From contig OX597817.1 in NCBI GenBank assembly GCA_951406725.2, positions 58,156,001 through 58,220,000 of the forward strand: a DNA stretch of 64,000 nt, given 5' to 3'. The notes beneath the pieces are model-generated. The model ran no database searches. It was not told the DNA's origin and was given only the letters and a program-made list of their open reading frames with translations. The DNA is from Octopus vulgaris (Eukaryota). The position numbers were made by a program, and so were the translations under genes. Positions 13,145 through 25,225 of the stretch are shown here, one piece after another (within the stretch, counting starts at the first letter, position 1; every line of letters starts with the position of its first letter).

Positions 13145-14395
13145 ATTCCAAGAGAGTTAGAGGTTGGGAATCCAACCAACTAAGGGATAGTATCTATCCA
13201 ATATACTGCTGATAGAATACCCAATTATTAATACATAAGTGTTTTTCCATTGCAAGGTAATTACACTACTGAATGTAATAAATGGGTGAGGGTAAAAAAT
13301 TATTTTACTCTTAATTTATACAGCAATAAGAAAATGGAGGGGATCAAGAGGTGGTGTTCATCAACTTTTAGACATTATATTATGTCTATTTATTAATAAA
13401 AAAAAACCCCAATTATAACAATATACATACATGTATAACATATTATACTTTACATATATAACATATAAAAATACCAGTAATTATTAAAATGTTTAATGTA
13501 GATCATAGAAAGTAGGATAGTATCTTACAGCTGTTTCAGCCAAGAGGCCATAGTACCCCACTCGACTTCCTTCCCTTCAGTGAACTGAAGTATTTGGTAG
13601 ATAAGATTAAGGTATTTGGGTGTGCCTCTGGGCTTCATCAGAGAGTCCTTGAGTTGGGTGGTATAAGTTAAAGTAGAAAAGAAAAAGTAAAGAGTTTGGC
13701 AAGACTAATTTAGCTGTATAATAAAAGGTTTAGATAGTCACTGACAGCTGTTTCTAGGATATCCCAGCAGTTGGAACATCATGTTGAGTGAAGATTCCAT
13801 ATGCAGAGTATTCTGTCACTGAAGAGAACTCGAGCAAATATATGTAACAGTGGAAGAAATTACTCCATCACTGATATTTGTTATGGTTCAAGAAAGGGAT
13901 GAGAAATCCAGTTAAATCCATTGAGAATGAATTTTCCTTAGGTAAATCTATGATTGAAGAGAACGGTTAGATAGTCATCCATAGTGAGGGAAAATGAAAG
14001 TTGGATAAATACTGAGAGGAGGAATAAATGTAGAACACCCTGAGTGTATAGAGAGTGTTGATCACAAGTGTCTGATGAACAGGAACAGGAAACACCAAAT
14101 CACAGTTTTTGCGGATGTTTTTGCAGCTTTAATAAAAAAGTATATTACTCTACCTTCAGTATTCGAGTACTGTTTTGTCCACATTGTTTCACATTTATGT
14201 GCTTACTCTTGTATATATATATATTTTTTCTCTCCTTGTTTTTTTCTGTGTATCTTTCTGTCGAAGAGCGTAGGATCAAAACGTAAAAGACTTGTTCTAT
14301 TTCTATTCCTGAGCGCCATACTAATACATTTGTTTGTTTGTACTCCACCTGCCTTCATCTTTTGTTTATTTTCGTAAACCTTCCCATTATATCTA
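13145..14395. mobile_element. Cluster of Penelope-like pseudo-LTR remnants
   Basis: Several hammerhead-like motifs (13514-13649 minus, ~13745 minus, 14066-14106, ~14251-14290); 13322-13395 recurs at 28935-29005; 14270-14375 recurs inverted at 33483-33580. Confidence 0.55.
13514..13649 (-). ncRNA. Type I hammerhead ribozyme with long stem II
   Basis: Minus strand AGGA C TCT CTGATGA AGCCCAGAGGC...GCCTCTTGGCT GAAAC AGCT GTA AGA TACTA TCCT; stem I split by an internal loop. Confidence 0.7.
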
Positions 14396-14397
14396 TA

Positions 14398-14640
14398 TAC
14401 TGTTGTGTCTGGGGAGAGTCATTTTCTTTTTGTACCTTATAATGTAACACACTCACCGGAAAATTTCCACTTTTTTCTTATTTTCCTATAATTTTCGTTG
14501 TGTCTTGCAACCTTTTCAATAGTCAAGACTATTGAAAGGGTTGCAAATAAAAATAAGAAAAAAAGTGGAAATTTTACCGATCAGTGTGTTACATTATAAG
14601 ACACAAAAAGAAAATGACTCTCCCTAGAAACAACAGAATA
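14398..14640. repeat. Imperfect long inverted repeat (fold-back), ~110-125-bp arms
   Basis: Centre TGCAACCTTTTCAATAGTC-AA-GACTATTGAAAGGGTTGCA; outer GAGAGTCATTTTCTTTTTGT / ACAAAAAGAAAATGACTCTC. Confidence 0.9.
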
Positions 14641-14770
14641 TACTTCAACACAGGAACTCATATAAAGAATCTTGCAAACCAAATCCAAAAACGAAATATA
14701 TATAATTCATTGGAATTTCAACATCAACATCAGGATATTTTGTATGTATGTATGTATGTATGTATGTATG

Positions 14771-14804
<34 letters not shown>

Positions 14805-15044
14805 TATATATATATATCCACACAGACAGAATTTTCTCTCAATTCACATGATATACATTGGTTGATTTTATAATAATTCTGATTTCTGTGAATTTTTATT
14901 TTTTACTCACAGAGCAATACCACTTCGCTGGTTTTTATTACACAAGTTTGATAGCAAGGAAGACCACACTCTGAGTAGATGCGGAAGTGTTTTTATATTA
15001 ATTGTGCTGAATACTTTCGAAATTGAATAATTGAGTTTCAGATA

Positions 15045-15295
15045 TGAAGAAAATTGATTTCTCTAGAAATGGAAAATAACATATAAAATCAATTTTGAAA
15101 ATGGAAAGGGTTTCAGACAAACTGTGAAATAGTTTAATATAAATGAAGCAAACTGTTGGAAGCATTGAAAGAAACGAAAAGAAAACCAAAGCCTGGATAA
15201 TCTCTGCATTTTCAATAACTTTAAAACATACATCAAATATATGGAGAAACTCTATGGAAACAATAAACAAAGCTGTCATTTGGAAAGACAAAACC
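15045..15295 (+). pseudogene. Tigger/pogo transposase N-terminal (CENP-B-type HTH) fragment
   Basis: MKKIDFS...FENGK...KQTVGSIERNEKKTKAWIISA...[13 protein letters not shown] across frameshifts. Confidence 0.5.
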
Positions 15296-15348
15296 TAGTA
15301 TTACAACCATGCACATATATATATGTGTGTGTGTGTATATATGTATGT

Positions 15349-15382
<34 letters not shown>

Positions 15383-15384
15383 GT

Positions 15385-15461
<77 letters not shown>

Positions 15462-15624
15462 TGTATGTATGTATGTATGTATGTATGTGTGTGTGTGTGT
15501 GCATGTGTGTGAGTGTGTGTGCATGTATGTATGCACAGACAAATCAATAACAAAAGTCGAATTCAAAAACAAAAGCAATAAATATCCAAGAGATGTTCAC
15601 TGTGAATATTATATAGATGCAGAA

Positions 15625-15968
15625 GTTACTGTGTAGTAAGTAGCTTGCTTAGCAACCACATGGTTCCGGGTTCAGTCCCACTGTGTGGCACCTTGTGCAC
15701 GTGTCTTCTACTACAGACTCGGGCTGACCAAAGTCTTGTGAGTGAATTTGGTAGATGGAAGCTGAAAGAAGCCTGTCGTATATATGTGTGTGTGTGTGTT
15801 TTGTGTGTCTGTGTTTGTCCCCCCATCATCGCTAGACAACCGATGCTGGTGTGTTTATCTCCCCGTAACTTAGCAGTTTGGCAAAAGAGACCGATAGAAT
15901 AAGTACTAGGCTTACAAAGAATAAGTCCTGGGGTCGATTTGCTTGACTAAAAAGGCAGTGCTCCAGCA
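15625..15968 (+). mobile_element. tRNA-derived SINE, family B (CORE-like)
   Basis: Head GTGTAGTAAGTAGCTTGC...GGGTTCAGTCCC, CORE-like CACCTTG(G)GCAAGTGTCTT segment, internal (TG)n, 3' part GAATAAGTCCTGGGGTCGATTTG. Confidence 0.85.
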
Positions 15969-15969
15969 A

Positions 15970-16321
15970 TTTCTGTGACCACATCACCCCTAACATCTGG
16001 TCACCTAACTCCCAAGACTGCAACCCACTTGATTATTATGGGTGGGGCACAGTTGTGCAAGAGACCAACAAAATTCCTCGTAACACCGAAGATGAACTGA
16101 AAACAAGGATTATGGTAGCGTTCACCAACTTAAGCAAGGAGACTGTCCAGAAGAGTTGCAGGAGATTCTGAAGTCGTCTGGTGGCCATGCTTGAAGCCAA
16201 TGGTGAATTTATTGAATAAAGTAATTTTATGTAATTTTGGTAAATATCTGTTAAAATGAGATATGAGTGTTATTTTCATTTTTGCGTAATTTAGACAACA
16301 ATTTATTTACCACACTCTGTA
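15970..16321 (+). pseudogene. Tc1/mariner (maT-like) transposase C-terminus with right TIR
   Basis: IWSPNSQDCNPLDYYGWG...DELKTRI...ETVQKSCRRF*SRLVAMLEANGEFIE* resembles WPPNSPDLNPLDY; second copy inverted at 29233-29722. Confidence 0.85.
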
Positions 16322-16358
16322 ATTAAAAAAATATATCTGCACATATATATATATATAT

Positions 16359-17220
16359 ACTAGCATTATGACCTAACTTTGCCGGGTCATAGTGCTAGTG
16401 CATGTATATATGTGTACATATTACATGTACATCTATATATATATATATACATCTACTCATAAAATACAAAATACAAAGTTATATCTTGATATCGCTAGTG
16501 ATAACAATACTGAAAATATATAACAGACTGGAATTGTATGACTATTCCATCTCTGCACGCTAATTTTATTTTTAATTTATTCCCATTCATGTGAAACTTC
16601 CTATTCAAGTTCAAGTCATTAATGCAATTTTATACCAATTGCTATTTTTACTTTTGTTATGTTACAATTATATAATACTTTAGTTTGATTTTAATTATTA
16701 CTTACTACATATAAATTCAATTGTTATCATTATTTCTAATTTTTATTGTTAAAGTGAAAGTATCTGACATAAAATAGAGAAATGTTTTTGTTTCACTTTT
16801 AACACGTAATACTGAAATAGTGGAGAAGATATGATTTTGCTATGGGCTCGCCCTAGGCAAGAAGTTGAACATTTTTTTTTGCCCTTGAAACTACATCGAC
16901 CCTAAGTAAGACATGTGTAAAATTTGAATGAAATTGGTTGTGTAGTTCTGAAGTTTTAGGGAAACACACAGACAGACAGACAAAAATTAAATCTGTGTTT
17001 AACAGAATTATGGACCGAAAATTATCGATATGATTCCTTTTGTTTGGATCCATTTTCAGCAGTGCTGCAGCTTCTCGATTCCCAAAACTGTTTTTTGCCG
17101 ATGACACTACCCTAAGTAAGGCATGTGTAAAATTTGATGAAATTGGTTGTGTAGTTCTGAAGTTTTGGAAACACACAGACAGACAAACATTTTCAGTTTT
17201 ATATATATATATATATTAGA
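16359..17220. mobile_element. Non-autonomous Helitron/Helentron-like element with a duplicated end
   Basis: Starts ACTAGCA.. with short hairpin TATGACCT../..GGGTCATA; ends AAATTTGA..AAATTGGTTG..ACAGACAGACAAAC..TTTTATATATAT; segment 16880-16984 is repeated at 17091-17190. Confidence 0.55.
16985..17085 (-). pseudogene. L1/Tx1-like reverse transcriptase fragment
   Basis: LLKMDPNKRNHIDNFRSIILLNTDL resembles the NFRPISLLNTD motif at the start of LINE RT. Confidence 0.65.
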
Positions 17221-17286
17221 AGGTTTATATATATCTGCATATATATATATATATATACGAGAAAGAAGCAACAAGAATGGATTAGT

Positions 17287-17377
17287 TTTTAGTACAATTG
17301 TTTCATACAAAGACAGGCTTTATTACAAGTTGCAAAAATTGCAGCAGATAAAAGTGTCCCGTACTCATCAGCTAAAA
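17287..17377 (-). ncRNA. Type I hammerhead ribozyme (mirror copy)
   Basis: Exact reverse complement of 17525-17615. Confidence 0.78.
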
Positions 17378-17524
17378 TACATATGAGTTCTCCAAACATC
17401 TTAGTGGGTGAGGTTATACTCATGAAATATTGGAGATAATTTCATATCTGCCTTTAATGAAATTATCTCCAATATTTCATGAGTATAACCTCACCCACTA
17501 AGATGTTTGGAGAACTCATATGTA

Positions 17525-17615
17525 TTTTAGCTGATGAGTACGGGACACTTTTATCTGCTGCAATTTTTGCAACTTGTAATAAAGCCTGTCTTTGTATGAA
17601 ACAATTGTACTAAAA
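17525..17615 (+). ncRNA. Type I hammerhead ribozyme
   Basis: TTTTAG CTGATGA GTACGGGACA...TGTCTTTGTAT GAAAC AATT GTA CTAAAA: 6-bp stem I, extended stem II, palindromic stem III loop, predicted cleavage after 17609. Confidence 0.8.
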
Positions 17616-18477
17616 ACTAATCCATTCTTGTTGCTTCTTTCTCGTTTATAATCACCCCACATTACTGTATGGTTAACACCATATAGTTTTTCTGGTGCAT
17701 CTAAGTTAAGTACCACATTCAAGTAAATTCATTGGAATTGACTTGAATCTTAATTGCTTTATATATATATATATATACACACATATATATATATACACAC
17801 ACACACATATATATATAGTGTCTCCAAGCAATTTCCAGGCTCTGGGTCCATGGTTTGTTCTATTTGTAAAACAAGGTCCACTATCTTAGCAATCCCTCCC
17901 TTTTACCCCTAAAACAGTCTTCCACACCAAACATCAGGTTTAGCACTACTTTCTTTCTTGTTTCTCAGACAAACAACCAAGATGACCAAACATCACATTC
18001 CACAACGTTTACAACAAATAAACGCCACCACTCTTCTAAACTACTTGCTAATAACTGTAATTGACCAAATTTAGTATTATATTAATGAAGTGATGTTTTA
18101 ATGAGGTGAGGTTTTTATGGCCGAATTTAGCATCATTTGTATAGAAGCTGTTTATGAAAATTCTAGCAGCTAATCAAATTGATTGTTGAAATGTTGGCAG
18201 CTTACCATAGTAAATGCGTATTTGTGTGTGTGTATATATACATATATATATACATACACACACATATGTACATGTGTTTATATACATATGTATACAAACA
18301 CACACATACACTTAGAAGTTCTTAAGCTCCCAAGATTCAATTGCGAATGTAGACTATGTCACTCTCCTCAGAGGACACAACTCATGTAATCATCTGCTGC
18401 TCAAAAATATCATTGATGTACCGCCTCCCACGGCGATATGATGCTGTTACTGAGATAATATACAGCAGGCACAAGAC

Positions 18478-18690
18478 TGCGAGCTGGCAGAAATGTTAGC
18501 ACACTGGGCAAAACGCTTAGTGGTATTTCATCTGTTTTTACATTCTGAGTTCAAATTCAGCCGAGGTCGACTTTGCCTTTCATCCTTTTGGAGTCAATAA
18601 ATTAAGTACTAGTTGTGTACTGGGGTTGATCTAATCGACTGGGTCCCTCCCCCAAAATTTCAGGCCTTTTGCCTAGAGTACAAAAGAATA
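18478..18690 (+). mobile_element. SINE family A
   Basis: GCGAGCTGGCAGAAATGTTAGC...GAGTTCAAATTC...GCCTTTCATCCTTTTGGAGTCAATAAA. Confidence 0.85.
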
Positions 18691-18699
18691 TACAACAAA

Positions 18700-19340
18700 C
18701 ACAGGTGTAGCTGTGTGGTAAGAAGTCTGCTTCACAACCATATGGTTCCAGGTTCAGCCCCATTGCGTGGCACCTGATGCATGTGTCTTCTATTAGAGCC
18801 TTAGGCTGACCAAAGCCTTCAGTGAATTTGGTAGATGGAAACTGAAAGAAGCCTGTTATATTATCATCATCATCATTTAATGTCCGTCGTCCATCCTGGC
18901 ATGGGTAGGACAGTTTGACCAGGGTTGGCAAGCTGGAAGGCTGCACCAGACTCCAGTCTGTTTTGGCATGGTTTCTAGGGCTGGATGCCTTTCTTAACAC
19001 CAACCACTCTGAGAGTGTAATGGGAGCTTTTACGTTCCCCAGCACAAGTGCCATTTGCGTGACACTGGTATCTGCCATGACTGCGGTTTTGCTTGGCTTG
19101 ATGGGTCTTCTTTTCAAGCACAACATAATGCCAAAGGTCTCGGTCGTTGCTTGTGCGCCCATGCATGTGTGTGTGTTTGTCCCCACAACCACTAACCTTT
19201 GACAACCTGTGTTGGTGTGTTCACATTCCTGTAACTTAGCCAAAGAGATCAATAGAACAAGTACCAGGCTTTACAAAAAAGCAATAAGTCCTGGATTTGG
19301 TTCATTCAACCAAAACCCTTTAAAGTAGTGCCCCAGCATG
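18700..19340 (+). mobile_element. SINE family B interrupted by an RTE 3' end (18862-19160, minus)
   Basis: Head and core at 18700-18858, 3' half resumes at ~19165; intervening (CAT)n-tailed RTE UTR. Confidence 0.75.
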
Positions 19341-19344
19341 GTGC

Positions 19345-19538
19345 CCATGCCAGTGGCAGGTAAAAGCACCCATTACACTCTTGGAGTGTTTGGCGTTAGG
19401 AAAGGCATCTAGCCATAGAAAATCATGCCGAATCAGACCGGAGTCTGGTGCAGCCTTCCAGATTACCAGCCCCAGTCGAACTGTCCAACCCATGCCAGCA
19501 TGGACAACGGACGTTAAGTAATAATGATGATGATGATG
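19345..19538 (+). mobile_element. RTE 3' UTR fragment
   Basis: AAAAGCACCCATTACACTC...CCAACCCATGCCAGCATGG...GATGATG. Confidence 0.8.
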
Positions 19539-19544
19539 GTGACC

Positions 19545-19795
19545 AGGATGGGCCGATGGTTTGTCACAGGGATATTCATTTTTGCCAGCTGAGTGGACTG
19601 GAGCAACGTGAAATGACAACGTGCTGCCCAGTCCAGGAATTGAAACCACAATCTTACGATTGTGAATCCATCACCCCTAACCACTAAACCACTAAAATGT
19701 TTAGCTCAAGAACCCTATGTCCCACCCAGTCCAGAAATTGAAACTATGACCAGAAGATCGTGAGTGTGTCTCTCTAACCACCAGTCCATTAGCAC
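19545..19795 (-). mobile_element. tRNA-derived SINE, family C (degenerate, head partly duplicated)
   Basis: GCCAGCTGAGTGGACTGGAGCAACGTGAAATG...GGAATTGAAACC...CCTAACCACTAAACCAC; related copy at 46220-46320. Confidence 0.6.
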
Positions 19796-20703
19796 TCTAC
19801 CAGTCATTCAAAGTGTGCATATGACTACCTTATCCATTATGCTCTTCTCTCTCTTTTTTTTTTATGGTGTAATTTGAGGAAGATTTGGCTACTATTTTCA
19901 TCAGGTTATGTAACCACTTAATTCATTTGTCACGATAAGACTAATCTCAATGGTTTTCATGATAGCAGAGATGATGGTTAGAGACAGTGATATTTATGAT
20001 GATGATGATGAGGAGGAGGAGGAGGAGGAGGATTATGACGTTGGTGGTAGCGTTGGATTGATGATATTGTCTTTGTCAAGGTGGTGCTGATGTTCATTGT
20101 GATGATGTTGGGGGTAGGGGTGGGGTGATTATAAGGATGACAATGATGGTGATGATGATGATGATGACGATGATGATGATGACGACGACAACGACAACGA
20201 CGATGATGATGGCACAATGATATTACAGTGTCTAAAACCTTGATAAAGATCATCACTGACATTTGCTAACGTCCAGTAATCAATGTGGAGAGACACAGTT
20301 CTACATATCAGATGCATGTCTGATGGTCATCTTGCTGTTGTTGTTGATTGTTGTTGATCGGGGTGGTGGTCCATTTGTTTATCTCTCATCTTTTACTTGT
20401 TTCAGTTATTAGACTGTGGCCATGCTGGGGCACTGCCTCGAAGAACTTTAACAGAAAGAATTGGCACCACTGCTTATTGTTCTTCTTGCTTTCCTAAAAG
20501 CCTGGTACTTGTTCTGTCAGTCTCTTTTGCTGAACCACACAAGGATAAGATTGATATTTAAATACTGATCTTATCAGGTGGCCAGCATGGGAATAAAAGC
20601 CTTCAAAGGTAATAATTATTTAAAATTATAATTTAGGGTATCTAAGAGATACCACCACACTGGAAATAGCAGTCAAAACTTGACTCTAAAACCACATTAA
20701 ATG

Positions 20704-20740
<37 letters not shown>

Positions 20741-20761
20741 CATGCATACACACATATGATG

Positions 20762-20905
20762 TGCTTCTTTCAGTTTCCATCTACCAAATTCACAGACAAG
20801 GTTTTGGTCAGTGCCCAAGGCTACAGTAGAAGACACTTGCTCAAAATGCCACACAGTGGGACTGAAACTGGAACCATGTGGCTGGCATGCAAACTCCTTA
20901 CCACT
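20762..20905 (-). mobile_element. SINE family B head/core (3' part at 20390-20540)
   Basis: GCTTCTTTCAGTTTCCATCTACCAAATTC...AGAAGACACTTGCTCAA...GGGACTGAAAC. Confidence 0.75.
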
Positions 20906-21239
20906 CACCCATGATGATGATGATGACTATGATGATTGCCATCCTCATTTCTAGAGCTGCCATTGTCTTCATCTTTCTCATTTTCATGATCGTATTCATC
21001 ATTGTCATAGATGGTGTCATCACTGTTATCGTTGTCAGCATCATCATCTCCATGACAACCCCAGACCATGCTTCTTCCCTCCCTAATACACACACACAAA
21101 CACATACAGACTATGATGTCATCAGTCTCCTCCAGTAATGTCCACTTTGTCTCTGGTTTTCTTTTTGCTCCGTAATTAAATAATCTAGTGTGACATGGAA
21201 AGTCTGTGCCTTCCCTGAATCCCTTTACAATACTCCATA

Positions 21240-21459
21240 TATGAGGGTCACTGAAAAGTTCCTGTCTGTGGGTAACAGAAAACAGAGGAGGATCAGTTGA
21301 TTATGAATTTATTCAACATATTCCTCTCTCAGGTTCACACACTTATTGCAGCAGTCCTTCAGTTTTTCTAAACACTGTAAAAGAACTCGAAAGGTTGGGT
21401 CTTCAACCAGGCATTTTGTGACACCCATTAAACCAGGAACTATTCAGCACCCCCTCATA
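21240..21459. mobile_element. Mariner-type MITE
   Basis: TIRs TATGAGGGTCACTGAAAAGTTCCTG / CAGGAACTATTCAGCACCCCCTCATA; second copy at 60254-60473. Confidence 0.8.
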
Positions 21460-23227
21460 ACATAGTCATTTACTATTGGGAAATTTAGGTAGAAATTGGC
21501 ATAAAGAGGGACATAATAGAAGAACTGGTTGCAGTAGTGTAGCTTGAGTGGGTGCTGACTGGGCTCTTCCTTGACTTTTTACCTCTCCCTCTCAAGCCTC
21601 CAAACTCCCACTAGTTTATACAACAGACCCAAAGGTGCTGTTCCTACAAAACCTTTCCCAAGGGCCAATGTCCCCAAACCCACCCCACCCCTGCTATGAT
21701 ACTTGTCAGGTGCCATGTTTTGTTTTAATTTGAAGGAGTGATGATAAGGAGAGGAATGACTTTTGTACTAAATGATTTGGTCCTAAACAAGGCTTGAAGC
21801 CATGGGAGCATTAAGAACTACAAAGAAAGAAATGAAGGGGTCTACAAATTCCAAAGAAGTCGAAAGACAGAAAGCTTAAAGGCCTAAATATTATAGGGCA
21901 GAGGAAAGCAAGACAATGATAGTCAGTATCTTGGAGTGTGTGATGAGCCATCTAACCCATGCCAACAGGGAAAGCAGATGTAAAATGAAAACGATAAGGA
22001 TGATGATGGTGATGATGATGAGGATTAAGAAAAGATGATTACAAAATCTGTGAGTGTATGTATACGTCTGTACGCATATACATACACATATACATAAATA
22101 CATACATGCACACACACACATATACACACAAATATATATGTATATATGTATGTATGTATGTATATATATATATATATTTACATACATATACATATGCACA
22201 AACAAACACACACATACATATACATATATAATCATGTGTGTGTTTATGTCTGTGTTTATAAGCACACACATGTACACATGCACACATATTCTCTTCATAA
22301 ATTTAAAGCATTGAATTATGAACCAACTAGAAAAAGTGCTAAACCACCCACCCCACCTCTGCACACACACAGAGACATGCACATATAATCATACACACAT
22401 ACATACTCACACATGCATACAAACCCATATACACATACACATAAACATACAGACTCACACACATAAACATACAGACACACACACACACATAATCATACAC
22501 ACATACTCACACACCTGTATACACATGTGCACACACACATTATCATACACACATACACGAACATATTCACATATACATACACACCCATAAACAAACAGTC
22601 ACACACACAATCATACACACATACATGCACATACTCACACATGCATACACATCCATATGCGCACACACACATGCACAAACATACATACACACACACACAT
22701 GCACGCACACTATTTTGTATGTAGGTTGTTATCTTTAATTAGTTCTATAAATACCCCTCATTGATTGTTTCCTTATAATTAATCCAAAGCCATCATTAAC
22801 CGTTCCAGTTAATCTAACGCTGATGGAATATATTACGTGAAATTAAGTGCAACAATTACAGACAGAATGGTTTCGTATGTCAAGATCTGGAATCTGCATG
22901 TCGAACCTGAAGATCTTACAGACAAATCAATAGACCATTTAAATTAGCGATATTTTGCTATTTTCGTTTGTCACTGTTGTTGTTGCTGTTGTTATTGTTG
23001 CTGTTGTTGTTGTTGTTGTTCTGGTGGTTGTTTGGGTGGGTTGTGGAGAACAAGACAAGACAACATTGCTTATTACACATCTATCATTTTCTTTTTTTTA
23101 TTTCGTTTTATCTGTTTTTACGATTTTTTTTTCCATGTTAAAAATCAATATTAAAAGGTGGGTTATACCAAATTTTCTTGACATTTTATAGCATACTTAA
23201 AATATATAACTTAAAATAACTTTTATG

Positions 23228-23258
<31 letters not shown>

Positions 23259-23281
23259 ATATATATATGCATACATATATG

Positions 23282-23312
<31 letters not shown>

Positions 23313-23729
23313 ATGTATACATATACATACATATTTATATATAAATTTATACAATACATATATATGTTATATGTGTATATATACATACATATATAAATAT
23401 ATGTATATATACACATATAACATATATAAATTTATATATATATATGTATATATATATGTGTGTGTGTATACATATATACACACACACATATATGTATATA
23501 TATATATATGTATGTGTATATATATATTATATATATATTGTATGTGTGTACACATATGCACACATACATATGTATACATGCATTCACACACACACATGTG
23601 TGTGTGTGTGCGTGTGAGTGTGTGTGATGATGTGCTATGCTTTTTGTAGTCTTTGATTCTTTCATCTTTGGAAAACATGAAACTGAAACAAGTTCACAAA
23701 AATAGCAGAACTAAAATCCAAACAAGAAT

Positions 23730-23802
23730 GGAAGAAGAAGAAGAAGAAGAAGAAGAAGAAGAAGAAGAAGAAGAAGAAGAAGAAGAAGAAGAAGAAGAAG
23801 AA
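23730..23802. repeat. (GAA)n microsatellite
   Basis: Pure GAA run. Confidence 0.98.
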
Positions 23803-24111
23803 ACCATGTCGTTTTATTCCTCTTTGCCTCCTTTCCCTCTTTCTCTTTACTTTTCTTCTCGCTTTCTCTCTCCCTCCCTCTCCCTAAAATTCTACAAAAA
23901 TGAAGTTAAATGAAATAAAATAACTCCCCAGTTACAAGACTATTCTTTTCCCTCTATGAACAATATTCTCACCAACTCCTCCTGCTCCTCCTTCTCCTCC
24001 TCCTCCTCATCATCATCATCACCTATTTATATACTTTTTCATTGTCTTTCTAAAAGCTTTTAATTTCTTTAATTTTGATTTCATATTCTTCTTATATATC
24101 TATATCTATCA

Positions 24112-24156
<45 letters not shown>

Positions 24157-24273
24157 CCTATCTACCTACATACCTGTCTCTGTGTCTATCTATCTATCTA
24201 TCTATATATATTTAGTTATTTATTTTCTCATAAGTTGTTTTCGTTTGCAGTTGAATTATTATTCTTATTGCTA

Positions 24274-24358
24274 TAATAATAATAATAATCATTATTATTA
24301 TTGTTATTATTATTATTATTATTATTTGCATCACTGCAGTTGTTGATGTTGTCATTGT

Positions 24359-24397
<39 letters not shown>

Positions 24398-24535
24398 AAC
24401 AACAACAACAACAACAACAACTACTACTACTACTACTACAACAACTACTACTACTATTACTACTACTACCACCACCACCACCACCACCACCATCATCACA
24501 ACTACTACTGTTGCTGCTGCTGTTGGTGGTGTTAT
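24274..24535. repeat. Compound trinucleotide array (TAA/TTA/CTA/CAA/CCA)
   Basis: Consecutive blocks of different triplets. Confidence 0.95.
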
Positions 24536-24953
24536 TATACAAAAGAACACCTGGGAGAGGACATTGCCCTTGATAGAGAGGTTAATCTGGAAGAAACGTG
24601 TGTGATTGCATAATTGCCTGCCCTCACCCCCACCCCACCACCACACCCAACTATTGGGATGCTTCATCCCATTATTTTTGGTTTGCTCTTTTACTTGACA
24701 TTTTTTTTCATTTTGTCTTTTTTATTTTATAATCATGTTTGCTTGGCCACCCCACTCCCCAACCCCTACATACTGTTTTCTGTAATTTCACCTTGTAATG
24801 CTACTGCATTCGTTGCTTTTGTAGAAAATATTTTAAAAAATCATTATTTATCACCTTTATCATCATCATCATCATCATCAACATCACAATCATCATCTTT
24901 ACCACCACCACCACCGCCACGGCCACCACCACAACCATCACCAGCAACAGCAT

Positions 24954-25225
24954 GAGCGAAAACACCTAAAGCTCCACGAGGCTCCGGCAGGGGTGGGTGG
25001 GAACCCCTGTTGTAGTCTTTCGCTCCAACTTTCTCTCACTCTTTCTTCCTGTTTCTTGTCCCCGACTTCGTACGCAACCGCTGAGCCTGGATGCGCATTC
25101 ATCCATCTGTCGATGCTCTCGGTGTCGGGGGTTGACCTGCTTTCTCTTCTGCGGCTCTTACAAATAGCAAAGGACCATGTTTCGGACTTCTCCCATCTTG
25201 TGAGCTCTGGGATGAAAACCGTTCA
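24954..25225. mobile_element. Unclassified GC-rich interspersed repeat fragment
   Basis: GC-rich island within a CAT/CAC/CAA tract; hairpin GGCAGGGG...CCCCTGTT; family not identified. Confidence 0.35.

Larger units (their letters stand above)
17257..17645. repeat. Perfect palindrome: 189-bp arms, 11-nt loop (17446-17456)
   Basis: Arms are exact reverse complements by eye; ORFs 17147-17386(+) and 17516-17722(-) share the same peptide RERSNKNGLV...HQLKYI. Confidence 0.97.
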
